NCBI GenBank assembly: GCA_019058365.1
Contig: JAHPZE010000006.1
Coordinates: 1-64,000, forward strand
Direction: 5' to 3'
DNA: 64,000 nt
Source of the DNA: Promethearchaeota archaeon
GTDB lineage: Archaea; Asgardarchaeota; Lokiarchaeia; Sigyniarchaeales; SOKP01
Positions 28,031 to 38,000 of this stretch are shown one piece after another; the first letter of the stretch is position 1, and every line of letters begins with the position of its first letter. Below the pieces are notes generated by a model, which was given only the letters and a program-made list of their open reading frames with translations, made no database searches and had not been told where the DNA came from. The translations under genes were made by a program, and so were the position numbers.

Positions 28031-28102
28031 GGGCCAGTGGATTAGTGGAAGATCGTTCGCTTGGCATGCGAAAGGCCACGGGTTCAATTCCCGTCTGGTC
28101 CA
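28031..28102 (+). tRNA. tRNA-Ala(GGC), intronless, CCA not encoded
   Basis: acceptor GGGCCAG/CTGGTCC with G3:U70, anticodon arm TTCGC-TTGGCAT-GCGAA, T arm ACGGG-TTCAATT-CCCGT, discriminator A. Confidence 0.97.
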
Positions 28103-28399
28103 AAACTTTTCCTTAGTTTTGGTTAATTATACGATACTTAATCGACTAAAAGGTCAGTAATTCTTTTCTACCTGAGAAATGAAAGGGTAAAAAGAAAAAG
28201 AAAAAAATATTAGTATTAGTAACTAATGTTCAAACCCAAATTAATGGATTAGAAGCTCAGATTCGGAGTACTTATGGTGTAAATAAAGAAGATCGATGAT
28301 CGAAATCATTGTATAAGGAAATTTAAAATTTAAACCCGTGATACCAATAGCAATATTAATATCTAATGATAAACAGAATGAATCATAGGGAGATAAAAT

Positions 28400-28750
28400 T
28401 TGAAGGTTAAATACGCTACCATAATTGTTGAGAATATGGAAAAGTCCGTTAAATTTTACACCGAAGTTATGGGATTTGATGTAGATAGCCAATTTACCCC
28501 AATGCCTGGAGTAATAATCACGTTATTGAAAAACCAAGGGGATGCTATGATAGAACTCATAAAAAATACAGAAAATGAAATTGGTCTGTTTTCGGTTGGA
28601 ATGGAAGTTACAGATTTAATCGCCACCGTGAAAGAACTCAAATCGAAAGGCGCCAAAATCACCATGGAACCTGTACCAATAAGCGTTGGGAGCCTCGCAT
28701 TCGTAGAAGATCCAAATGGAGCCAAGATAGCGCTAATTCAACACAAATAA
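28400..28750 (+). CDS. VOC/glyoxalase family protein
   Basis: [36 protein letters not shown]. Confidence 0.92.
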   Translation: MKVKYATIIVENMEKSVKFYTEVMGFDVDSQFTPMPGVIITLLKNQGDAMIELIKNTENEIGLFSVGMEVTDLIATVKELKSKGAKITMEPVPISVGSLAFVEDPNGAKIALIQHK

Positions 28751-28796
28751 GTTAGTAATTTAGTGATGTATGAAATTTCCTACAGGAGAACCCTTT

Positions 28797-29234
28797 TTAT
28801 ATTAAAATCTCTTCTACTTGTTTCAGACTTTTTACTTTCTTTTTCAGTGTTGGAGGTAGTTTTTTTATGATTATCTCATCAGCAGTACAGAACAACTTTT
28901 CTAAACCTATACTTAATCCAAGATAGCAAGCATCGTAGATTGATAAATCGTAGTCTATAGCAGCATTAATCATATGTTTACGTATTTCATTTTTTATTGT
29001 GATTACTTTAAATCCATAATTCTCTAAACTTTCTCCCGCATCCTCAAGCTCGCAAGGTTTGAATAGTTGACTGTATTTTAACGCATTCAAGACTTCAAAA
29101 TATAATAATGTTGGAACGTACAATTCAATCTTTCCACCTATAAAGCTATCTCGTAGAAGTAGTGCTTTATCTGAATCAATTTCTTCTATAAACCATTTAA
29201 CTACTACACTTGCATCAATAACAATTTCTTTCAT
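28797..29234 (-). CDS. vapC: VapC PIN-domain toxin
   Basis: IVIDASVVVKWF, EVLNAL, SIYDACY, TAD. Confidence 0.92.
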   Translation of the reverse strand: MKEIVIDASVVVKWFIEEIDSDKALLLRDSFIGGKIELYVPTLLYFEVLNALKYSQLFKPCELEDAGESLENYGFKVITIKNEIRKHMINAAIDYDLSIYDACYLGLSIGLEKLFCTADEIIIKKLPPTLKKKVKSLKQVEEILI

Positions 29235-29255
29235 TTATTATTGCACTCATCTTCT

Positions 29256-29486
29256 TTAATGTCTTTCTTCTCTAAATTTACGAATGACTTCCACACTACT
29301 GAAATTTTCAGGAGCTATTTTGCGGATCTTTTCGTTCAATAAAACAGCTTTCGCTTTATTTATTTCTGTTTCATTCCGTATTTCTGATCTAATCGCCTTT
29401 CGTATGATTTCACTCCAATTAAGATGCTTAAGTGAATCCATCTTCTTTTTAAGTTCTGGATCGATTCTTATACTAAAATTAGCCAT
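29256..29486 (-). CDS. vapB: RHH/CopG-type antitoxin (VapB)
   Basis: MANFSIRIDPELKKKM...NWSEIIRKAI...SSVEVIRKFRE; directly upstream of vapC; ATG at 29486. Confidence 0.88.
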   Translation of the reverse strand: MANFSIRIDPELKKKMDSLKHLNWSEIIRKAIRSEIRNETEINKAKAVLLNEKIRKIAPENFSSVEVIRKFREERH

Positions 29487-29487
29487 A

Positions 29488-29516
29488 TGTATATACAAAT
29501 AATACGTATATATAAA
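29488..29516 (-). promoter_or_regulatory. vapBC promoter/operator
   Basis: TTTATATA TATA box about 25 nt upstream of ATG (leaderless); palindromes TGTATATACA (29488-29497) and ATACGTAT (29502-29509). Confidence 0.6.
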
Positions 29517-29589
29517 TATTATTATCTTCAATTAATTTTGGAAATATTTTTCACAGAGAACATTCCTATAATAAGAATAAATAGGATTA

Positions 29590-29727
29590 GTAAAAATTCG
29601 TTGAATCCAGTTCCTTTATAAAACGTGAGTTGCTTTAGAAGTAGAAAAAAGCCTAGAAGATGACAAGGCTGAGGGATATATACTTAAACCTTTTGACCTT
29701 AGCGATTCTAATTTCTCGATATTTTAG
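29590..29727 (+). pseudogene. response-regulator receiver-domain remnant
   Basis: 29638-29727 translates to EVEKSLEDDKAEGYILKPFDLSD (alpha4-beta5 KPF motif); upstream part broken by stops, no start codon. Confidence 0.6.
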
Positions 29728-29827
29728 ATTCGAGTTAATTGATATTTAATACCAAATTATTATTAGTCGGGATTGCTTTTTTTAAAATAGTTTTTATGGA
29801 AATCAGACGCTGAATTTACCTTTGAAA

Positions 29828-31705
29828 TTATAATAAACCCTCTTTTTTAAGCTTCAATTCAACATCTTTTAAATCCAGCTTTTGTAATATTTCAGAAGTG
29901 GGTACACCTTCATCATTCCACCCCACTGCTGTGTAATATTCGGATTTTAATTTTTCGAATGAATTTTTATCTATTGATTCCCCTTTAAACGGTCCCGATG
30001 GGAGAGGTTCCCAAAATCTAGACGGTAGAGTATCATCGTGCTTTGATCTCCATTCAGCATCTGGTCCTCCAAGCAGTGACACAGTTCTCTGTAATTGTAA
30101 AATTCTTAAACCTTTTTCGCTAAACCAGCTTTCTTTTGGTAATTCCCAACCTGTAACTGCTTGATAGAAACTTGCAATTTGATCAAAATCTAGTGTAAAG
30201 GTGGTAAAGAAACAATATACTCCAGAATCGCTAAGAATTGAGTATAATTCACTTCCATCTCCATCAATAGGAAGAACAGCTGATGATGTATGGTCTCCTG
30301 CTTGAACTGACACACTATATCCAATAGAGGTTTGTGTAACCATATCTTTACCGCTTTTAAGGCCGTGAGCTCCGATTGCCATACCTTTAAGATGAATTGC
30401 GTATTTGAGAACTTCTGTTCCTTTCATCTCTTCAAGCTTTAAAGCTGCCCGATATATACCTTCTGCTAATATATCACCAATACCTTCTCTAAAAGCAATT
30501 TTTCTGGCTAATTCTGCAAACGCATCAACATTTCCCCATTCGAGATTAATTCCTCCTAAATCTTCTTTTGAAAGGATATCTCTTTGGAATAATTCTCCGG
30601 TAAAACCCAAAATTGCACCGCCTTGAATACCACAAAATCCTAATTCTTCTATTACATACGATAGATAAATGTTTTGTTCTGGTGAAAAAATGCCCAAGTT
30701 AGTCCCCAGGAATGCCTCAAGCTCGTAATCGGGATTATCACAGATTGCCCCAGCGTATTTTCCATCTCTTAGCACCGCCAACTTTAGACACGTAACGGGA
30801 CAGCCGTAATCTCCCCAGTACTTTTTTACCCAAAGTTTGTCGAATTCTTCGCCTCTATAACTTTTCTCATTATGCCATTCTTCCTGCCAATTTCTGACTG
30901 GCTCTGAACTTGAATCAGCACCAAACGTATATCCTCCCGAGCCTGTACCCCAACGTCTAAAAAATTCTATCCTAAAACAATTATTTGAAAATTCCTGTGA
31001 TAACTCGAGCATTTTATCCTGATCAACCACATCTGGTAAGGGACCAAAACCTTTTACAACCACAGCTTTCAAGTTTTTAGATCCCATTACGCCACCGTAT
31101 CCTCCGTAACCAGCAGCGTGTGCATATTTTGCTTCTACGGCTGCTACCCTGGATTTATTTTCTCCAGCAGGACCTATGTAAAGAACCGAAGGTTCCTTAA
31201 ACTCCCCATAATTAGGATGAATCTTTTTGATATCGTTAATCGAGTCCTTTACGAGATAACGCATAGATTCTCTGCTAGTTTTTCCCCATATGTGTGAAGC
31301 ATCTTTAATTTCTATGTTATCGTCACAAATAAATACGTAACTCGGTTTTTCAGCCTTTCCCGTAAAAATTATTCCGTCATAACCTGCACATTTCAATTCC
31401 ACACCAAACTCTCCCGCGACAGTTGAACCTATAATTCCATTACCTTGGGGGGATTTTCCAGTTACGCAAATTCTAGCACCAAGAAAATATCCTGTAAAAG
31501 GGCCAGTAAGCATGAGTAAAACATTTTCAGGACCTAAAGGATCAATTATCTCCCACTTATCTCCAAGCCTATCCCACAATATCTTTACGCCTAAACCCCT
31601 CCCTCCAATGTAATCCTGAAGAACTTTGTCTGGAATTGTAATTTTTCCAATTTTCTTATGTGTTAAATCTATTTCCAGAAATTTTCCGGCATAACCCCTC
31701 ACCAT
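29828..31705 (-). CDS. tungsten aldehyde:ferredoxin oxidoreductase family, WOR5-like large subunit
   Basis: YIGGRGLG, LWDRLGDKWEIIDPLGPEN, GKSP, AGYDG, HAAGYGGYGGVMGSKNLKAV, DYGCPVTC, PDYE, SGVYC. Confidence 0.93.
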   Translation of the reverse strand: MVRGYAGKFLEIDLTHKKIGKITIPDKVLQDYIGGRGLGVKILWDRLGDKWEIIDPLGPENVLLMLTGPFTGYFLGARICVTGKSPQGNGIIGSTVAGEFGVELKCAGYDGIIFTGKAEKPSYVFICDDNIEIKDASHIWGKTSRESMRYLVKDSINDIKKIHPNYGEFKEPSVLYIGPAGENKSRVAAVEAKYAHAAGYGGYGGVMGSKNLKAVVVKGFGPLPDVVDQDKMLELSQEFSNNCFRIEFFRRWGTGSGGYTFGADSSSEPVRNWQEEWHNEKSYRGEEFDKLWVKKYWGDYGCPVTCLKLAVLRDGKYAGAICDNPDYELEAFLGTNLGIFSPEQNIYLSYVIEELGFCGIQGGAILGFTGELFQRDILSKEDLGGINLEWGNVDAFAELARKIAFREGIGDILAEGIYRAALKLEEMKGTEVLKYAIHLKGMAIGAHGLKSGKDMVTQTSIGYSVSVQAGDHTSSAVLPIDGDGSELYSILSDSGVYCFFTTFTLDFDQIASFYQAVTGWELPKESWFSEKGLRILQLQRTVSLLGGPDAEWRSKHDDTLPSRFWEPLPSGPFKGESIDKNSFEKLKSEYYTAVGWNDEGVPTSEILQKLDLKDVELKLKKEGLL

Positions 31706-32235
31706 TCGTACACCTCTTCAGTTGCTTTTTCGCCCAATAGTTTTCTTGCAATTTCATATGCAAGTTCCTTAGGAGTTTTTGTGGATGCTTTTTCCGTTTC
31801 CGCGTCTTGACCCTCTAAGAGAATCAAAGTATCCCACTTACCTTCTTGACAAGCCGCTGTACATTTCGGTTTTCCACCACATAAATCGCAAATAACTATA
31901 TAATCGTCTTGAGGATGGAGATGGGGTACACTCCCAGGACAGGCGTTAATACACGTTCCACATGCGGTACATTTCGATTTATCAGTGATTACGGCTCCTG
32001 TACGATCGTCTATTGATAGAGCTTCCTCGGGACACACCTCAATGCACGGATAATCTTTGCATTGAAAACAGAGATGAGGTATTTCAACGCCTGGAACAAA
32101 CATGAAAACTCTAACTCTTGAAGCTTCCGGCCAAATTTTCCCTTCGTGATAGAGAGAACACGCAATCTCACATCTTCTGCATCCGCTGCATTTTTCATAA
32201 ATTCTTTTTATCCACAGATTATTTATATCTTCCAT
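31699..32235 (-). CDS. 4x[4Fe-4S] electron-transfer subunit (WOR5 small-subunit/DmsB-like)
   Basis: CSGCRRCEIAC, CFQC..YPCIEVCP, CTACGTCINACP, CDLCGGKPKCTAAC; overlaps the AOR start. Confidence 0.93.
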   Translation of the reverse strand: MEDINNLWIKRIYEKCSGCRRCEIACSLYHEGKIWPEASRVRVFMFVPGVEIPHLCFQCKDYPCIEVCPEEALSIDDRTGAVITDKSKCTACGTCINACPGSVPHLHPQDDYIVICDLCGGKPKCTAACQEGKWDTLILLEGQDAETEKASTKTPKELAYEIARKLLGEKATEEVYEW

Positions 32236-32663
32236 ATCGATACCTTACTACTTGTAAATGGCCATTTGTTATTAATTCTTTTCTTATTTATAGTTTTTGT
32301 AAACTTATACACGATAATAGAATACACGTCTGATGATTTTTAGAAGTGTATATTTAGCACAAATCATGCTTCAAATTATTTAAATTTGAAGGGAAAGTTA
32401 AGTAGAAATAAAAACCAATTTCTTAAAAGTATTGAACCCGTCATTAAAAACCCAAACATGTGTCAACCTGACTATTTTCGAGGGTTATAAAAATTTCACT
32501 TGCTTAAGAAGAATTCTTGTTAGTTATCCATTATACTTCACTAAAATTTCATTGAAATAAGACTCTGAATTTACTATTATATCCTTGGAAAAAAATCGAA
32601 TATACATAAATTTTAAAATAATTAACATTTAAATATGGTATGATACTTCTAGAATGATTTAAA

Positions 32664-33416
32664 ATGCCTGTCGAACCTAAAATTGCTGCCACTGTCGTAT
32701 TATTACGTGAACGAGTGCCAGATTTAGAATTTGATGATGATTGTGAATTTGAAGTGTTCATGGTCAAGCGACATGAAAAAGCAAGGTTTATGAATGCACA
32801 CCATGTATTCCCGGGTGGTGGCATAGAAGCACAAGATATGACTCTAGACTCAAGAGCAAGACTAATCGGGCCTGATCACGAGATTCTAAGTACTGTTAAA
32901 GAAGTATGTGATGAACCGTCTGGTCTTTGGATAATTGCAATTCGCGAACTATTTGAGGAAACAGGGATTCTAATCGCAACAAAGGATAGGGAACAAGTTA
33001 TTGAAATAAATAGAGAAAATGGCACGAAATTTAAAAATTATCAAGAGGCGCTTCAAAAGGATCGAGAAACTATGACAAGTATTTTAACAAAGGAAAATCT
33101 TTATTATGCTGCGAATTATTTAAAATATTTTGGAAGATTAATCACTCCTAAGTCATCTCCTATTCGATTTGATACCCAATTTTTTCTATGTAAATTTCCT
33201 CAGAATCAGAATATTAATTTGTTTAGAGACGAATTAACAGAAGGATTATGGGGTTCTCCAAGATTTTTTTTGAAATTATTTCGAAAAAAGAAGATTAAAA
33301 TAATTTTCCCTCAATATACAACACTTAATCGACTCAAAAGATTTAAAACAATTCAAAAAGCTTTTTCTAATTCGAGAAATGGGTTCAAAATTGTTCAAGT
33401 GAAGGATTTTAGATAA
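32664..33416 (+). CDS. Nudix hydrolase (NUDT19-like)
   Basis: AATVVLLR, EVFMVKR, HVFPGG, AIRELFEETGI, ITP..PIRFDTQFF. Confidence 0.9.
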   Translation: MPVEPKIAATVVLLRERVPDLEFDDDCEFEVFMVKRHEKARFMNAHHVFPGGGIEAQDMTLDSRARLIGPDHEILSTVKEVCDEPSGLWIIAIRELFEETGILIATKDREQVIEINRENGTKFKNYQEALQKDRETMTSILTKENLYYAANYLKYFGRLITPKSSPIRFDTQFFLCKFPQNQNINLFRDELTEGLWGSPRFFLKLFRKKKIKIIFPQYTTLNRLKRFKTIQKAFSNSRNGFKIVQVKDFR

Positions 33417-33528
33417 CATTCTAATATCATAATATGAAAATATCTTATATTTAATCGAATAAATTTGAATTTCAGTTAAATTTCAACTAAAATATCAACA
33501 TTTTTATTATTTAACTTTAACTTTAATC

Positions 33529-34272
33529 TCACGACGCATAGAAAGGGAGAGTGCTGAGTTTCTTTTGGATTTCGTTAAATGGGTGCAAAACCATTTTTTT
33601 GGTGAGTTCCATTACGTCCTCCATATCAGAGTAAATATTGTACCATTCTACAGACTTTCCAAAAACAATTTTTAACGTTGCCTTCTTATTAAGAAGGACG
33701 TCCTGTGCAACATTCTTTGGTATATTTCCTAGTGTGTCTTTATAGACTTTTTCTATAGCAGTTTTTACCTTCATTTTTGGATTAGCCTGCAATTTTAAAA
33801 CTACATTATCCATATAATCTTTATATTCACTTAAATAGCTAAAAGTTTTTTCAGCATAATCGACAACTTTTTGAGCATCAATTTTATTCACATCAAAACT
33901 TTGAAATGTCTCTTCAATCCTTTCTTTTGCTTTATCTACAAGCCCTACTTTAATTTCCTTAATTAGAACATCTATTGATCCTTGATCAGATAAAACAGCA
34001 TTAGCCATCTGTTCTAATCTTGAGAGTAGGCTTTTATCTATTTCTAATGGTGAAGATTGAGTACTCTCATGGACATTTTGTATTGTATCGTCTTGTTCCA
34101 TATTATGTTTATTCACTATATGATCCTCTGCACTTTCTTTTTGTATTTGATTTTCTTGTTGTTCTCCTGCCATGCATGAAGAACAAATTCCATTATATGT
34201 ATGTACTTCACCTATCCAGGGTTCAGTATTATAAACCTTTTTACATTTCTCACAATGATTATATTTTACCAT
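33529..34272 (-). CDS. hypothetical protein with N-terminal zinc finger
   Basis: CEKC...CSSC, Q/E-rich linker, helical C-terminal domain. Confidence 0.75.
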   Translation of the reverse strand: MVKYNHCEKCKKVYNTEPWIGEVHTYNGICSSCMAGEQQENQIQKESAEDHIVNKHNMEQDDTIQNVHESTQSSPLEIDKSLLSRLEQMANAVLSDQGSIDVLIKEIKVGLVDKAKERIEETFQSFDVNKIDAQKVVDYAEKTFSYLSEYKDYMDNVVLKLQANPKMKVKTAIEKVYKDTLGNIPKNVAQDVLLNKKATLKIVFGKSVEWYNIYSDMEDVMELTKKMVLHPFNEIQKKLSTLPFYAS

Positions 34273-34396
34273 AAATAATTCATATCTTGTTTTTTAAACA
34301 TTTGAAATTTACTTTTTAAGGCGAATATATTGGTTGAATCAAAAATTAATAGAGGTAGCGATAATTTAAAGATAATGTATTTTTTTTAAATCTTTT

Positions 34397-34939
34397 TTAC
34401 AAATTCCTCATTCTTTCTGAAGCGTGTACAATCATGCGATGTGTTAATTCTTTAAAAGAATCTTCAATATTTTCACCTGTTTTAGCAGAGGTCTCAATGT
34501 AAATGCTATCCTTATTTTCTGCGTATTCCTTTACGACCTCAGTATCAATCGAACGGCCAACATCTTCAATTAAGTCTACTTTATTCCCGATAATAATAAA
34601 AGGTACTTTTTCTTTTAATATTGAAAACATCTCTGAAACCCATATTTCAAGCGCTTCATAAGTTTTAATCTGAGTAAGATCAAAGATTACTAAAGCCCCA
34701 TTAGTTCCTTCATAATATTGTTTATGTAGAAATTCAAATTTTTTCTGGCCAGCTATATCCCAAATAACAAGCTTAGCAAAATCTTTTTTTTCCATGTGTA
34801 TTTCTTTTGTTAAATAATTAATACCTATAGTAGTTATATAATCATGAGAGAATTGATTTTTCACAAACCTATATAGAATGCTAGTTTTTCCTACAGCAGC
34901 AGCACCTAGTAAAAGTACTTTAAAGCTATATTTAGTCAT
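34397..34939 (-). CDS. Rab-like small GTPase
   Basis: FKVLLLGAAAVGKTS, YITTIG, WDIAGQ, GNKVDL, ETSAKTG; no C-terminal prenylation Cys. Confidence 0.95.
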   Translation of the reverse strand: MTKYSFKVLLLGAAAVGKTSILYRFVKNQFSHDYITTIGINYLTKEIHMEKKDFAKLVIWDIAGQKKFEFLHKQYYEGTNGALVIFDLTQIKTYEALEIWVSEMFSILKEKVPFIIIGNKVDLIEDVGRSIDTEVVKEYAENKDSIYIETSAKTGENIEDSFKELTHRMIVHASERMRNL

Positions 34940-35054
34940 AAAAATTAAATGATTTTAGAATTTTCCACGTAAGAAGATATAATTCATAATTTGTTAAAAC
35001 ATTTTAGGTAAAATATTTAGGTTTAAATATCTGGTCTTATTTGATAAAACTAAT

Positions 35055-38000
35055 ATGAGGAAAATAAAAAAAAGTATAACTCTATTAATCCCTGCTATCA
35101 TTTTTGTCACATATTTCATTATTCCATTTATAGGGATACAATTAAATAGCTCAGATCCTTACAATCCAAATTCTAATAATACCATTAAAATGGATTTATC
35201 ACCTACTTCTTTTAGTACACAAATTAGTTCAAATGATATCGTTCTAGAGGATTATTCTGAAAAAGAAAATTCTAAGTATGATACTTACCTTGAAGAATTC
35301 TTATTAAATATCACTCTAGCTAAAATTAGTAATCCAAAAGAGATCAAAATAATTGTTCATTTTGAGGAGTCTATACCAAAAGAAGAAAGAGTTGATATCT
35401 TAGATTCTGTTTTTAATGATTACAATTTAGTAACCAATTATGATATTATTTCCGCAATTTATTTAAAAATTAATCCAAATCAGTTAATTGAAAAAGAGAG
35501 TATAATCGAAAGCAATATCGCGATAACCAAAATTTACAAATCGAGAGTATTCCAATATCCCTATATTGAAGATGATAATTTACAGCTCAGTGTGTTAGAT
35601 GAAGATAATTATCCTAATTGGTGGATTTCTGCCATTGGAGCAGAAGATCTACCGTATGATGGATCGGGTGTGAAAGTGGCGGTAATTGATACTGGAATAT
35701 ATGCTCATCCAGATTTAACGATTGTGAATAATCGTAATTTTGTTACTGATGAGCTACCATCAAATTATAATGATGATGTTGGGCATGGCACCCACGTAGC
35801 TGGAATAATTGCAGGTGATGGAGGATCATCATCGGGAAAATACCGTGGTGTCGCTCCTGGTGTACTTTTAATCAACGCAAGAGCCGGAAATGCAAGTGGA
35901 TTGGGCGATGTTGATATAATAAGCGCTATTGAATGGAGTTCTAAACCCACAAATGAAGGAGGTGCTGGAGCTGATATCATTTCGATGAGCTTCGGTGGAG
36001 GCTATCCAATTATTTCAGATTCAATAACGGATGCAATTTCAACAGCAAAAAGGGATTACGGTGTTATTTTTGTAGCATCTGCAGGTAATTCTGGTCCGGA
36101 CTATTTTACAGGATCTACTCCTGCTTCTGGTGTGGATGTAATTGCTGTAGGGGCGACAGATATAGATGATGAATTAGCCTCCTTTAGTAGTTGGGGTCCA
36201 ACATTTAATTATATTGGTTACCCCGATGTCGTTGCTCCTGGTGTTAATATTATTTCTACAGAATCATTTCAGTCTGTTATTTCAGACGAAGAACGTTATA
36301 TAGGAGATTATTTCGATTTTCCCGGAGATGGAGATTATATCCCTCTAAGTGGAACGAGTATGTCCTGTCCTATGGTTACTGGAGCATTAGCAATTTTATT
36401 AGAAGCTTTTCCTAATATTACTCCTGAAACTGCTAGAATTGCTTTATTAGAAGGAGCAAGAAAACTTGAAGATGAAAATAATGATGAGATTCTTAAGTCT
36501 GGAGCGGGATTAATAAATGTGTCTGCTTCTCTTAATTATTTAAACAGTATTTCTCCTGATTATAATAATATAGCAAAATTGTATCCCGATGACCTTCCCG
36601 TTAAACCATATGATTTATTACACTTTCCAGGAGATCATCAAAAATTTAATTTAACAATAATTTCAGGACAGAGTAATACATTTGATATAGAAATTCCAGA
36701 TAATATTCAAGGTGTATCCTTTTCCATAGATAAGTTAAATATAACCTTCTCTGAAGCGGGAATTAGTTTTGTGGAACTTAATATTCAAATAGATAAGGAT
36801 GCTTTTCCGGGAGTAAGGAATTTCCAGATTAATCTTACAGTGGGAGGTCTAGTATACGATACTTCGGAAATTACATTAGAAATTCGATTGCCTGAATATC
36901 GGATATTAATGGAATCCTTTCATGGGTTAAATGATTGGTTTCCAGAACCATTTTATTCATTTTATCAGATAGGTTTTTATGAGGCTATGGAAGATCTCTC
37001 TGAATTAAATATTTCAATTGATTATAGTATGGAATATTGGACTCCTGACTATAATAAGAATTTAAATAATTCAATATTAACAGAAGAAAGGTTAGCGCAA
37101 TATGATCTTGTATTATTACAGGCCCCCATACTCTCATATAGCCCATTGGAAATAAATAATTTAGAAAATTATTTTGATAATGGAGGCAATCTCTTGTTTT
37201 TGGGTACAAGATATCAAGATATGGTTATAGAAAATATTAATTATTTATTCTCGAGATTGGAAGTAGATATTCAAATTAATGAAGAAAATGTAATGAATGA
37301 TGAGTGGTTAGGAATTGGAATAAGCTTAGATTCTCAAAGTGTGAATGAATTTGATAATCCAGAGATTTTTAATGGTGTAAGCCAATTCTATTGGCAATAT
37401 GGTAATAGTTTTAGTGTTTCTACAAATGCAGAGTCAATTGCTACAATTAATAATACAACTGTTGCAGCTATGTTTAATGGAACGCCACAAGGAAAAGGAC
37501 AATTCTTAGCTTTTGGAGATTTACATTGGATATTTGACAAATATGAATTATCATCTTATTCTCAAGATCATTTTACCCTCTTAAAGAACATAATCGAATT
37601 TCTTATACCTAAAGAAGATGTATCTATTAATATTGATCTAAGTAAAGATCGTATTTCAGATCCAGAGATTGGCTTATCCATTTATTTAAAAAATCAAACC
37701 TCAGAATCTCCAATAAATGTTTCTGATTATACATCTTTAGATGTGACTATTTCAAATGATTCTTTTTCTAAACAAATTCTATTAAATACTTCATTTTCAG
37801 ATAAGGGGATTTATTTTAATACTTCATATAATCTTCCATATTCCAGTTATACACCTTATAATATCAAAGTAAATCTAACTATTGGATCAGAAAATTATGT
37901 TAAAACTACGAAAATACTCTTTTTTAAACAAAGCGAAGTTCCCCAGATCATTGATCTAACTAGTGATCTCCCTATTGATGATCTTTCTATTACAAGATCA

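Noticed and set aside
27906-28160. ORFs 27906..28103 (-) and 27918..28160 (+)
   Set aside because: They are shadow ORFs overlapping tRNA-Ala
32916-32925. 10-bp exact match (CCGTCTGGTC) to the tRNA-Ala 3' end (28091-28100), a possible attR
   Set aside because: It is short, lies inside an intact Nudix ORF, and there is no integrase; probably chance
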